From NCBI GenBank assembly GCA_963828525.1, contig CAWHEP010000007.1, positions 46,200 to 110,199 on the forward strand: a stretch of DNA of 64,000 nt, given 5' to 3'. Below, one piece after another: positions 1 through 10,034 of this stretch; positions within the stretch are counted from its first letter, which is position 1, and the number at the start of each line of letters is the position of its first letter. The position numbers and the translations under genes are program-made. The notes below the pieces were generated by a model. That model was not told the origin of the DNA, ran no database searches, and worked only from the letters and a program-made list of their open reading frames with translations. Origin of the DNA: an uncultured Verrucomicrobiae bacterium (lineage in GTDB: Bacteria > Verrucomicrobiota > Verrucomicrobiia > Chthoniobacterales > Chthoniobacteraceae).

Positions 1-572
1 TGTAGTTGCAGCGACTTGCACCAGGCCAGGTGCATCTTCTCGATGTCCTCCGCAGAATGTCCCTTCGCTGTCATGAAGGGCCTGATCGTCTCATTCATCA
101 CGGGAATGAAGGCGATAATGTCGCGCAACGGCACGTGCGGTGTTGATTGCGCTCCATCCACCTGGTTCTTCTTCAGGCTCGTGTGACGAAGGGCGATCTC
201 CTGCTGATAGTCGAGCCAGGTTTGGTCGTATGGCCTCAGGCAGGTGTCCAAAATCCACTGCTGAAATCGCTGATTGCTGGCCCCCAGATAATTGGGAAGC
301 GGATTTCCTTCCGGGGAACGGGAGTGCCGGGCCAGATGGGGGATGCCCGCGATAATGCCACTGCGCCAGTGCTCGACGATCTGTTTTGCCTGGTCGCCAA
401 GCACCTCACCTGCAAGCCGCAGATAACGTTCGTCCTCTTCAGTAAAGCCGACGCTGATTTTAATCTGTTCCAGTTCCTGAACTGAAATTGACGACTTCGG
501 AACGGCGTCGCCGCCGTAGGCGTAGCCTGGAATGGATTCGGAGATTTTTTTAATGATCGTTTCCTCCCTCAT
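1..572 (-). CDS. Protoglobin (globin-coupled-sensor-like single-domain globin); 3' end runs off the window
   Basis: Not in ORF track. Manual translation from ATG at 572: MREETIIKKISESIPGYAYG...VGFTEEDERYLRLAGEVL...RFQQWILDTCLRPYDQTWLDYQQEIALRHTSLKKNQVD...KGHSAEDIEKMHLAWCKS. It follows the protoglobin pattern (IPGYxYG, WILDT, YDQxWLDYQxEIxLRH). Confidence 0.85.
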   Translation of the reverse strand, partial: MREETIIKKISESIPGYAYGGDAVPKSSISVQELEQIKISVGFTEEDERYLRLAGEVLGDQAKQIVEHWRSGIIAGIPHLARHSRSPEGNPLPNYLGASNQRFQQWILDTCLRPYDQTWLDYQQEIALRHTSLKKNQVDGAQSTPHVPLRDIIAFIPVMNETIRPFMTAKGHSAEDIEKMHLAWCKSLQL

Positions 573-974
573 TGGGTGTATTCATGAAGGTGGTCGCCAT
601 GGGCGGTTAAATGGCTGGAATGTCTGGTTTTATTCTCTCGTCCCCCGATATGGGGTGACAAGTCTTTTCCCAGGCCTCGCGGGAAGAAGAGCGCCGTCGC
701 GATGACCTCAATCCGGGGCCTTACGGCAGTGGATTGAATGAACGTCGACCGCCGTTGTAGCGCTCGCTCTCCGTGTCCGCCTCCCGAATGGAGACCACAG
801 TTTGTTCCTTGAGGGCATCGTAGTGCGGTTGAGCTGCTGACGCTCGATTATCACCTCTAGGCCAAGGAAAATCGGAGCTTAATAGAGACTGTCACCTCTC
901 CCATTGTTTTTGCTCCCCAAGCGCCGCGCTTCCTCAATGAGCAGCGCCTCCACTTCGTCCGCTCTGGGCAACGG

Positions 975-1205
975 CTAAAATCCCGCTTCTTCGCTCTTCT
1001 GCTTGCGAACCGTGCCGGTTACCTCGTGCGCCCGATCCAGCGAACGCTTCAGGTAATCGTAGGAAGCGGGCGTAATCTGCGCCACAGCCGCGACCGGCGG
1101 AGCCGTTGCCGCAGCAGTCGATTCCGTGCGGGATGGCGCTGTCCTTGAAAGGAAGAAGAATCCCGCTCCTCCAGCGATGACCAGGAATAAATATCTCACA
1201 TCCAC
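975..1205 (-). CDS. Small hypothetical protein with N-terminal hydrophobic anchor
   Basis: 76-aa ORF with hydrophobic N-terminus, Ala/Pro linker and helical charged tail; divergent from the PBP gene. Confidence 0.5.
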   Translation of the reverse strand: MDVRYLFLVIAGGAGFFFLSRTAPSRTESTAAATAPPVAAVAQITPASYDYLKRSLDRAHEVTGTVRKQKSEEAGF

Positions 1206-1310
1206 AGCTAAAGCAGGGATTGGGCCAGTGCGGCGCCCCGCCTCCTTTACTCGCCTCCCATATTTCCCGCTTCATAATTTTCCTTTTTCACGGATAGTTC
1301 CCGGACAGCA

Positions 1311-3434
1311 GTGGCAAAAAAAAGTAAGCCGAAGAGGCTCCTATGGTTTCTGGCCTTTCTCGCGGTGCTCCTCTTTCTGGGAGCATGCGTCGTTTACGCC
1401 GTTTGGGCGCAGACCTTCAACATGAAGGATGTGGACAATATGCCGGAACTTTCCGCCGCTTACGACGTGGATGGGCGCTTTTACACGCGTCTCCGCGGCG
1501 AAGACCGCATCATCGTTCCGCTGAGCCAGGTCTCAAAGCACTTCGTACAGGCGCTTCTCGCGCGCGAGGATACCCGCTTCTACAAACATCATGGTGTGGA
1601 CCCGTGGGGCATCGCTCGCGCCATAGGTCGCAATCTCACGCGCATGTCCGTCCGGGAAGGTGCCAGCACCATCACTCAGCAACTCGCCCGGAATAGTTTC
1701 CGCCTCGGCGGCCATAATCTGCATAGAAAAGTCCTCGAGGCTTTCGTCGCCGCGCGCATCGAGCGGAATTACTCGAAGGATGACATCCTCGGTTGCTACG
1801 TGAATCGCATCTATTTTGGCTCCGGATTCTACGGAGTGGAGACCGCGAGCCGCGCTTATTTCAACAAACACGCCGCTCAACTCAATCTTCCCGAGTCCGC
1901 GATGCTGGTGGGCTTGATCCGCAGTCCGAACCGGTTCTCCCCTTTCAATAATTACAAAGCCGCCGTCGCCCAGAAGGACGCCGTCCTCACCCGCATGGCC
2001 GGCCTTGAGATGATCTCCAAGGCGGAAGCTGACAGGGCGATTAACAGCCGTGTTGCCATCTCCCGCAAGCCGCCGCTGACCCCTCAGCAGAACTACGCGC
2101 TGGATGCCGTGCGCGATGAGTTGAACATCATCCTGAGCAACGACCAGATCAAAGAAGGCGGCCTCAAGGTTTATACCAGTCTTGATCCGGTGTTGCAGAA
2201 GGCCGCCGGAGACGCTGTTGAAACACAGTTGCGCAAGATCGAGTCGCGCCCGGGTTTCCCGCATCCTCGCAAGCCGCAGACTGCTCCCGAGGATGGCTAC
2301 GGAATGTCCACCCCTTACCTCCAGGGAGCCGTCGTCGTCATCGATAACCACACCGGCGGGATCAGCGCCCTTGTCGGCGGGCGCGACTACGGAGATAGCA
2401 AACTCGACCGCGCCTTTTCCCCGCGCCAGCTCGGCTCCACCTTTAAGCCCTTCGTCTACGCCGCGGCGTTCCAGCGCGGCTTGTTGCCGGGTGCCGCCAT
2501 TGATGACGCTCCGTTGCGCCCTGGAGAAATCCATGGAGCCGGCGCGTGGAATCCCTCTAACTCGGACGGGCAGAATCGCGGTACCCTTCGCGCCGACGAA
2601 GGGCTGATCCAGTCCCGCAACACCATGAGCGCCCGCGTCGGCAACTTCGCCGGTATGGACGCAGTGCGGAAACTCGCCGATGTCTCAGGCATCCCGGATG
2701 TCCCCAAGGTTCCCGCCATTTATTTGGGCGCGTTCGAAGGCAAGTTGCGCGATGTCACGGCGGCTTACTCCGTCTTCCCTAATGATGGAACCCGCAACCA
2801 GCCCTATCTCATCGAGCGGATTGACGATGCGGATGGGCAGGTCATCTACCAGGCGGCTCATATCACCACCACGCCACTCGACCCTGGAGTGAGCTGGCTC
2901 ATTTCTTCGACTCTCCAGAAAGTCCTGCTGCGAGGCACCGCCGCGGCTTCGCGCTCCCTTGGTTTTAACAAGATCGCCGCGGGCAAGACAGGCACTACGA
3001 ACGACTACAAGGACGCATGGTTCATGGGCTACACCAAATCGCTGACATGTGGCGTGTGGGTCGGGTTTGACCAGCCAGCCACCATTATGCAAAAGGGCTA
3101 CGGAGCCGCGCTTGCCCTTCCCATCTGGGTGCAGGTGATGAACGCCGCTCCGTCGCAACGCTACCCCGCTTCACCGCTCGATTGCGCCGTGCCGTTGCGG
3201 CGCGTCAACGTTTGCGCGGAATCCAATGGGCTTGCAACCACCGGCTGCCAGGCCGCGCGGGCGGATTACCAGATCGACCTGCCGGAAACTCTCATCCCGA
3301 AGGATTTCTGCCGCGTTCATGGCGGCGCGCAAACCCGCTTCTGGAGCCCGAGCGACCGGAACCCAGCCGAACGTTCCTCAAAAAATCCTGCGTTCATTCT
3401 GGAATTTCTTCGGTCACTAGATCCGGACGGCTGA
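1311..3434 (+). CDS. Class A penicillin-binding protein (PBP1A family; GT51 + transpeptidase)
   Basis: N-terminal TM; GT51 motifs EDTRFYKHHGVD, GASTITQQLARN, RKVLE; transpeptidase motifs STFK, SRN, KTGT. Confidence 0.93.
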   Translation: MAKKSKPKRLLWFLAFLAVLLFLGACVVYAVWAQTFNMKDVDNMPELSAAYDVDGRFYTRLRGEDRIIVPLSQVSKHFVQALLAREDTRFYKHHGVDPWGIARAIGRNLTRMSVREGASTITQQLARNSFRLGGHNLHRKVLEAFVAARIERNYSKDDILGCYVNRIYFGSGFYGVETASRAYFNKHAAQLNLPESAMLVGLIRSPNRFSPFNNYKAAVAQKDAVLTRMAGLEMISKAEADRAINSRVAISRKPPLTPQQNYALDAVRDELNIILSNDQIKEGGLKVYTSLDPVLQKAAGDAVETQLRKIESRPGFPHPRKPQTAPEDGYGMSTPYLQGAVVVIDNHTGGISALVGGRDYGDSKLDRAFSPRQLGSTFKPFVYAAAFQRGLLPGAAIDDAPLRPGEIHGAGAWNPSNSDGQNRGTLRADEGLIQSRNTMSARVGNFAGMDAVRKLADVSGIPDVPKVPAIYLGAFEGKLRDVTAAYSVFPNDGTRNQPYLIERIDDADGQVIYQAAHITTTPLDPGVSWLISSTLQKVLLRGTAAASRSLGFNKIAAGKTGTTNDYKDAWFMGYTKSLTCGVWVGFDQPATIMQKGYGAALALPIWVQVMNAAPSQRYPASPLDCAVPLRRVNVCAESNGLATTGCQAARADYQIDLPETLIPKDFCRVHGGAQTRFWSPSDRNPAERSSKNPAFILEFLRSLDPDG

Positions 3435-3449
3435 GCATCTGAACAAAAC

Positions 3450-4502
3450 ATGTTGAAAGCCCTGCTCCTCTGCCTTGTTTGTTCTTGCTTGGTTGAAACC
3501 GCCGCTTGGGCCGATCCCACGCCGCCAACTGTGGGCGCGCTTGATCTAAAGTCGATCCCATCGCCTGTGATATTCCGCGGCGACGCGACCACGGCCTACC
3601 GCGATCCGGCGGCCGTTTATTACGGTGGCTGGTTTTATCTCTATTTCGAGGTCATCAAAGTCGAAGACAACAAAGAGGTCTATATCTACACCGCCTGGAG
3701 TAAAAGCCGCGATCTCGCGCGGTGGACATCTCCGAAGATCTTTACGCCTCGGGATCAAAAGCTTAACTACGGCAGCCCCGGAGACGTCGTTCGCGACGGA
3801 GACGAGTGGGTAATGTGCCTTCAAACTTATCCACGCCCCAACCATGACCGCTTTGGCAATGCTGACTCCCGCGTCTGGACGATGCGCAGCAAGGATCTGG
3901 AGAACTGGGGACCTCCGGAACTGCTGCAAGTTAAGGGACCTGACGTATCTCAGGAGAAGATGGGCCGGATGATCGACCCGTTTTTGATCCGAGACAAGGA
4001 CGACCCCGGCAAATGGTGGTGCTTCTATAAGCAGAAAGGCATCAGTCTCTCGTGGTCGCGCGATCTCAAAACATGGACTCTCGACAGCCATATTTCTGCG
4101 GGAGAAAATCCGTGCGTGATTGTGGATGGCGCCGACTATGTGCTTTTCCACTCGCCGGCCACCGGTATCGGGGTGAAGCGAAGCAACGACCTCAAGACGT
4201 GGCGAAACGAAGGCGTGCTGATGTTGGGGATCAAAGAGTGGCCGTGGGCGCAGGGGCGTCTCACCGCTGGGTTTGTCCTCGATCTGCGCAAAGATCCTCG
4301 CGTGGGCAAGGCGCTGATGTTCTTCCATGGATCGGCCTACAAGGAGTCAGATCCCCGGGGTGGATTCGACAACTTCGCCAGCCTGGGTCTGGCATGGAGC
4401 GATGATCTAAGGAATTGGACGTGGCCGGAGCCTCCGACGGAACACCCATCGAACGTTGGGTCGCCTCAACCCGTGGCCCAGAGTTCGCCATCTGCGCGGT
4501 GA
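3450..4502 (+). CDS. Secreted five-bladed beta-propeller glycoside hydrolase-like protein (GH32/GH43 clan-like)
   Basis: Signal peptide; AYRDPA and MIDPF motifs; repeated Asp-box-like SxDLxxW motifs. Confidence 0.65.
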   Translation: MLKALLLCLVCSCLVETAAWADPTPPTVGALDLKSIPSPVIFRGDATTAYRDPAAVYYGGWFYLYFEVIKVEDNKEVYIYTAWSKSRDLARWTSPKIFTPRDQKLNYGSPGDVVRDGDEWVMCLQTYPRPNHDRFGNADSRVWTMRSKDLENWGPPELLQVKGPDVSQEKMGRMIDPFLIRDKDDPGKWWCFYKQKGISLSWSRDLKTWTLDSHISAGENPCVIVDGADYVLFHSPATGIGVKRSNDLKTWRNEGVLMLGIKEWPWAQGRLTAGFVLDLRKDPRVGKALMFFHGSAYKESDPRGGFDNFASLGLAWSDDLRNWTWPEPPTEHPSNVGSPQPVAQSSPSAR

Positions 4503-4512
4503 GATACACCCA

Positions 4513-5292
4513 TTAGCCGCCAGCCTGCGCTTTCGGAAGATGCAGTGTGCAGTACTCCTCGCCGTCCCGTGAGACGCGGAAATCCAACTCCGGCTTCGTC
4601 AGCTCCGTTTCCTTGCAAACCGCGCAATGATGCAGCGCTTCATCCTCGGGCATGGCCTTCCGCTTGAATTCCATTCGGCGGGCCGTGACAGTCCGCCTCT
4701 GCCGTACGTTGTCGATCAGCCGCGGTCCGAAGAACAGAAGGTAATTTGAAAGTGAAACAACGATCGCCATTTTTACCGAGGCGCCCGATTGGAGGAACGT
4801 CGCGAGCACGAGCCCGAACGAGAGCAGGGCGATCCACTTGATCTTCAAAGGCAGGATGAAGAACACGTACATCACCTCGTCCGGAAACACCGTCCCGAAC
4901 GCGAAAAGCAACGAGAGGTTTAAAAAGGGGTTCATGTTGACCCCTCCAAAGAAAAATGCGGCCGCCGTGCATCCCGCCATCCCGCAAAGGTAAAAAACAT
5001 TTAGCTTGAACGCCCCCCAGGCCTGCTCCAGCCCCTCTCCCATATTCCAAAGGAACATCAACGCCATAAACAGCCACAGCGGGCTGAATGCCGGAGGGAT
5101 GAAGATGTAGGTAAACAGCCTCCACACCTGCCCTTGGGCGATCTTCGCTGGAATTAACGTGAGATATTGCGCGTAACCCGGGTTGCTCAACATCAGCGCG
5201 TATGTCAACCCGTTGAACATCACCACCACGCGGATTAGGCCCGGTATGGCAAGATTCCCAAACCGCGCTTCAAGAGAGTCAATCCACTTCAT
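4513..5292 (-). CDS. Rhomboid-like integral membrane protein with C-terminal Cys/His-rich (Zn-binding-like) tail
   Basis: GQVWRLFTYIF motif, multiple TM helices, HHCAVC...EYCTLH tail. Confidence 0.6.
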   Translation of the reverse strand: MKWIDSLEARFGNLAIPGLIRVVVMFNGLTYALMLSNPGYAQYLTLIPAKIAQGQVWRLFTYIFIPPAFSPLWLFMALMFLWNMGEGLEQAWGAFKLNVFYLCGMAGCTAAAFFFGGVNMNPFLNLSLLFAFGTVFPDEVMYVFFILPLKIKWIALLSFGLVLATFLQSGASVKMAIVVSLSNYLLFFGPRLIDNVRQRRTVTARRMEFKRKAMPEDEALHHCAVCKETELTKPELDFRVSRDGEEYCTLHLPKAQAGG

Positions 5293-5317
5293 TCGTCGTG
5301 GCGGGACAACACCTGGC

Positions 5318-6676
5318 CTATTCTAACCGGCGGAAAACTTCGCCTCGATCAATGCCGCGCAGCCTTTCCCGAATGGCCCGGTCCGGCAGCCGTTCCACCA
5401 CTTCATTCAGAAAGCCCGCGACGATTAACCTCTGCGCGGCTGCCGGCGGGATTCCGCGCGATAAGAAGGTAGAAATATTCATCGTCATCGATCTGTCCCG
5501 ACGTCGCTCCGTGGGTGCATCGGACTTCGTCCGCGAGAATCTCAAGTCCGGGCATGGAGTTCGCCTCCGCGTCGTCGCTCAGCAGCAAGATTCCGCACTT
5601 TCTGATACGCGTCCGTCCGATGTGCGTGCGGCTCGACTCGGATCAGGCCCGCAAAATCGTGCGTGCGCTGTCTGCCAGCGAGTTTTTATAAAGCAGATCG
5701 CTCGTCGTATTCGGCTGCCGATGATCTTGCAATGTTCGCTGGTCGAATTCCTGCCCCTCCGAGGCGGCGGAGACAGCCAGCATATCGCTCCTGCCGCCAG
5801 GCCCGACCAGACGGCTTACATTTTCGCCCGCGCGAATAAGCCGAACCAAGATTTACATTTAGCGTCAGCGCGGAAGCGTCCCGATTTACCACCGTCGAAT
5901 TGATGTGAAAGGAGACAGACCTTCCGACTCCAGTTTTGCACGCAAATATAGTTGAGCTCGCGCGCCGCGCCCCGCATACAGATCGTTCACTCCGCACGCA
6001 AGACCCGCTCGCGTTCGCATCAGTCGATTCAAAATAATCGATGAGCGTCACTTTGCTCATCTCCTCGGCGACGACAAGCGTGTGCGGGAAGGTCGAAGCC
6101 CGCTCGCCATCAAGCCAGTGGAACACCTCAATGGGGAGATCGATCTCGACCCCGCGCGGCACATACAAAAAGGTGCCGGACTTCACCATCGCCGCATGCA
6201 ACGCCGCGAACTTTCGCGAACCAAGCACCACCTCCTGTGTCATGAAATGCTTGCGAAGAATATCCTCGTGTTGCACCGACGCCTTTTCAATCGATTCCCA
6301 AATAACCCCCTTCTCCGACAAGCCCCTTCGAATGCGCTTCGCGCGTAAGCAACTCGTCATTGGCGAACACCATCCGCCCCGCATTTTTCGCAAGGCCCAC
6401 CGAGCGCTCGATCAACTGTTCTCGCACTTCGCTGGAGACAGGACGCGCCTTGCGATAGCCGTCAGATCCAAGCGCCTTGATCGAAGCAAAGCGCCATTTC
6501 TCATCCGTGCGCGTTGGCGCTGGCAGTTGCTGAAAGCTCTCCCATCCGGTTGCCCGCACTGTATCGAACCACCCGCTGCCGCCGTCCGGCGATGGCCCTC
6601 CCGAAACGATCAATGCCGTGTCGTCCTCGCTTGCGATCCGTTCCTGTTCCTGTGGTGCGGCCAGAGATGTGCTCAT
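5318..6676 (-). CDS. sufD: Fe-S cluster assembly protein SufD (several frameshifts)
   Basis: Pieces in several frames: [60 protein letters not shown]; follows sufB. Confidence 0.85.
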
Positions 6677-6716
6677 CCTTTTACAACGTAGCGTCCTCGA
6701 GAGTCGGTGCCTCCCT

Positions 6717-8121
6717 CTACCCGACCGAACCTTCCATCTCCAGATCGATCAGCCGTTTCAATTCCACGCTGTACTCCATCGGGAACTGGCGTACCAGAGT
6801 CGTTCACGAATCCATTCACGCTCAGACTCATTGCCTGTGCTTCACTCAGCCCGCGTTGCTGCATGTAGAAAATCTGCTCCGCGCTCACCTGGCTTACGCT
6901 GGCCTCGTGCTGCACGGCGTTGCCAATCCCGCGCACTGTGATCGCCGGATATGTATCCGTCCTGCTCTGCGAGTTTATCAACAGCGCATCGCACTCCGTA
7001 TTGTTCTTGCAATGCTTGAGATGCTTTGGCACGTGCACCAGCCCTCGATACGTCGCGCGGCCCTTCCCGATGCTGATACTCTTGGAGATGATGTTGCTGG
7101 TGGTCTCATCCGCCGCGTGCACCATCTTCGCTCCCGTATCCTGATGCTGCCCATCTCCGGCGAGAGCGATGCTTAGCACTTCCCCGCGTGCTTTCCGGCC
7201 TTTCATTACGACGCCCGGATATTTCATCGTCAGACGCGACCCGATGTTGCAATCGATCCATTTGATCTCCGCTTCCTCATGCGCCAGCCCTCGCTTGGTC
7301 ACAAGGTTGAAAACATTCCCGCTCCAATTCTGAACGGTGATATATTGGATCTTCGCCCCCTTCATTGCCACCAGTTCCACCACCGCGCTATGCAGTGTGG
7401 CGGTAGTGAACTTCGGTGCCGTGCAACCCTCCATATAGGTCAGTTCCGCGCCTTCGTCCGCTATGATGAGCGTCCGCTCGAACTGCCCGAAATTCTCGGC
7501 ATTGATCCGGAAATAAGCCTGTAACGGATGCTTCACCTTCACGCCGGGTGGCACATAGATGAAACTGCCGCCGCTGAAAACCGCGCTGTTCAGCGCGCTG
7601 AACTTGTTATCCCCCGTCGGAATCACCTTCCCAAACCATTTCCGGAAAATCTCCGGATATTTCTTCAACCCCTCGGTGCTCCCCACAAAGATCACGCCTT
7701 GGTCGCCTACAGCCTTCTTTATGTTGGAATAGACCGCCTCGCTGTCGAACTGCGCTTCGACTCCGGCGAGAAACTTTCGCTCGTTTTCCGGAATGCCCAG
7801 GCGCTCGAAAGTCCGCTTGATGTCTTCGGGCACATCATCCCAGCTCCTTTTCGTCTCGGTGCCCGGCGAAAGGTAGTAGCGTATCTTGTCAAAGTGGATC
7901 GCTTCGAGATCCTTGCTTGCCCAATGCGTCGGAAGCGGCTTGCTCTCGAAAACATCCAGCGCCTTCAGCCGGAATTCCCGCACCCAGTCCGGGTCTTCTT
8001 TTACATCGGAGATGTAGTTCACCGTCCGAGGCCCGAGGCCAATCCCCGCGTCGCGCACATGCACCTCGGGATAGGCGAAATTCCCAATATCTCTGTCAAT
8101 GTCGAGTGTTGCGTTTTCCAT
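6717..8121 (-). CDS. sufB: Fe-S cluster assembly protein SufB (frameshift near 3' end)
   Basis: [54 protein letters not shown]. The shifted frame ends ...[11 protein letters not shown] with TAG at 6717. Confidence 0.95.
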
Positions 8122-8902
8122 AGTATTTATCCTCTGCTAAACCGCCGCCAAATCCCTGCGCCTCATCCTTCATCCAGTCATATCCTTTTTCTTCCAATTC
8201 CAGCGCCAGTTCTTTTCCGCCGCTGTGGACAATCCGCCCATGCACCATCACATGCACATAATCCGGCACGATGAAATTCAGCAGTCGTTGATAATGCGTG
8301 ATGAGCAGCACCCCCAGTCCCGGCCCTCTGAGCGAATTCACCCCATTTGAAACAATCTTCAGCGCATCAATATCAAGGCCGCTGTCCGTTTCATCCAATA
8401 TCGCATATGACGGCTCAAGCATTGCCATTTGCAGAATTTCGTTCCGCTTCTTTTCCCCTCCCGAAAAATTCTCATTCACCGAACGCGCCGTAAAGGAACG
8501 ATCCATCTCCAGCATGTCCATCTTCTGGTAAAGCCTCGCGTAATACTCTGTTGCTTCCAGTTCTTCTCCCTCCGCCAGCCGCGCTTGCACCGCCGCCCGC
8601 AGGAAATTTGCGATGCTCACTCCCGGCACCTCGCTTGGATATTGGAACGCGAGGAAAAACCCTTCCGGACCGTTCATCCGCCTCCAGTTCCAGCAGGTTG
8701 ATCGCCATCCATCACGAATCTGCCCTCCGGTCACCGTGTAGTCCGGGTGGCCGCCCAGCACCTTCGCCAGCGTGCTTTTGCCGGATCCGTTTGGCCCCAT
8801 GATCGCGTGAACCTTGCCCCGCTCGATCTCGAGGTCGAGTCCGCGCACGATTTCCTGTCCCGCTACGCTCACGCGCAGCCCTTCGATTATCAGTGAATTC
8901 AT
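8096..8902 (-). CDS. sufC: Fe-S cluster assembly ATPase SufC (local compensating frameshifts)
   Basis: Walker [52 protein letters not shown]. Confidence 0.93.
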   Translation of the reverse strand: MNSLIIEGLRVSVAGQEIVRGLDLEIERGKVHAIMGPNGSGKSTLAKVLGGHPDYTVTGGQIRDGWRSTCWNWRRMNGPEGFFLAFQYPSEVPGVSIANFLRAAVQARLAEGEELEATEYYARLYQKMDMLEMDRSFTARSVNENFSGGEKKRNEILQMAMLEPSYAILDETDSGLDIDALKIVSNGVNSLRGPGLGVLLITHYQRLLNFIVPDYVHVMVHGRIVHSGGKELALELEEKGYDWMKDEAQGFGGGLAEDKYYGKRNTRH

Positions 8903-8913
8903 ATTGCAATCGT

Positions 8914-9379
8914 CTATCTTCGCCAGGCCGATCCCCGGTCGGTTGCAGTCGTTCGAGCCGAACACTCCGCACATAGACCCCGCAAGGAGACTTCGTGGTG
9001 AGCTGACCACCGTGTTCGCCGGCAGCTCCCAGCTTTCTTTCCTCTGATCCCTCAGCGGCACGTCGAATACCAATCCGCATTCATCGCAGAAAAAGTGGCC
9101 GTGCTCCTCCAGATTCGGGCAATACCGGGACGGCGCCCGGTCGAGATTTACGTGACGCACCAATCCGCATTCGGTGAGTGTTTCAAGGCAGTTATAGACC
9201 GTGGCAAGCGAGATGGAAGGCATCTCCTTTTTCGCCCGGATGAACACCTCGACCGCTGTCGGGTGATCGCGCTGCGCCATCAGAGCGTCATAGACATGGC
9301 GGCGCTGCTTCGTGAAACGAAACCCTTTTAGCGAGATCGTTTCATCATAAGACTTGTTGTCTGCCGTAGCGTCTTCCAC
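8914..9379 (-). CDS. Fur/PerR family transcriptional regulator (frameshift near 9000)
   Basis: [37 protein letters not shown]; the shifted frame gives GLCAEC (second CxxC) and TAG at 8914. Confidence 0.9.
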
Positions 9380-9410
9380 TGTGTGGGTAATATCCGATGC
9401 CTCCAAAGGC

Positions 9411-9433
9411 TTATCAAGACCTATTCTAAATAA
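9411..9433. promoter_or_regulatory. Possible Fur/PerR-like operator upstream of fur-sufCBD
   Basis: Imperfect AT-rich dyad TTATCAAGACCTATTCTAAATAA with a TTAGAAT half-site on the minus strand, about 30 bp before the fur start. Confidence 0.3.
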
Positions 9434-9713
9434 AAGGGCGCTTCGGGCCTTGGCGTAGGATTTTGGATCGGGTTTTGAGAAGATGCAGCGACGCGAGACA
9501 CAGAGTTTTTCTGAACGGCCCCCACGGGTAAGACTGGCGAGCCGATGAAATGCGCCGACGCATCGAAGCAGAGCGCGCAATCCTCCCTCGGCCCCTCTCG
9601 ACGGCTTGCCAAGGTCAGGCAGGCTTGCCCATGATCGGCTCCTAATGGTCTGGACAAACGGAAATGACGTTGACACGCTTTGGAGATAGCCAATCTACTC
9701 CGAGCGAACGCTT

Positions 9714-9932
9714 ATGAACACAATCGAACCTCCAACAAGCGCTATGGCGGCGGGCGAGGAGCGTGGGGCCACGAAGTCACCGCCGGTTAAAATAGTTGCC
9801 TGGCTGACCGGCATCACAGCAGTTTTTTCTCTTATGGCGTTGAGCGATAGTCCAACGGTTGGGATGGGCTTGGGGGTCATTGGTGTCGCGGGCATGGTTA
9901 CCAGCGTAAGTTTTTTTATTCTAAGAGGTTGA
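9714..9932 (+). CDS. Small two-TM membrane protein
   Basis: 72-aa ORF with two hydrophobic segments. Confidence 0.45.
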   Translation: MNTIEPPTSAMAAGEERGATKSPPVKIVAWLTGITAVFSLMALSDSPTVGMGLGVIGVAGMVTSVSFFILRG

Positions 9933-10034
9933 GCCGGAGTAGGGCTTTCGCGCGCCCGAGAAACTACCGCATACGAATCCTGTTCTGAAGCCACCCCCCT
10001 GGAAAATCCCGCGGTACAATTCAGTCGTCACTTC

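Noticed and set aside
8096..9676. 526-aa apparent Fur-SufC fusion protein
   Set aside because: A single-base shift near 9000 restores the normal Fur ending (GLCAEC, TAG at 8914), and SufC has its own ATG at 8902; most likely a sequence error.
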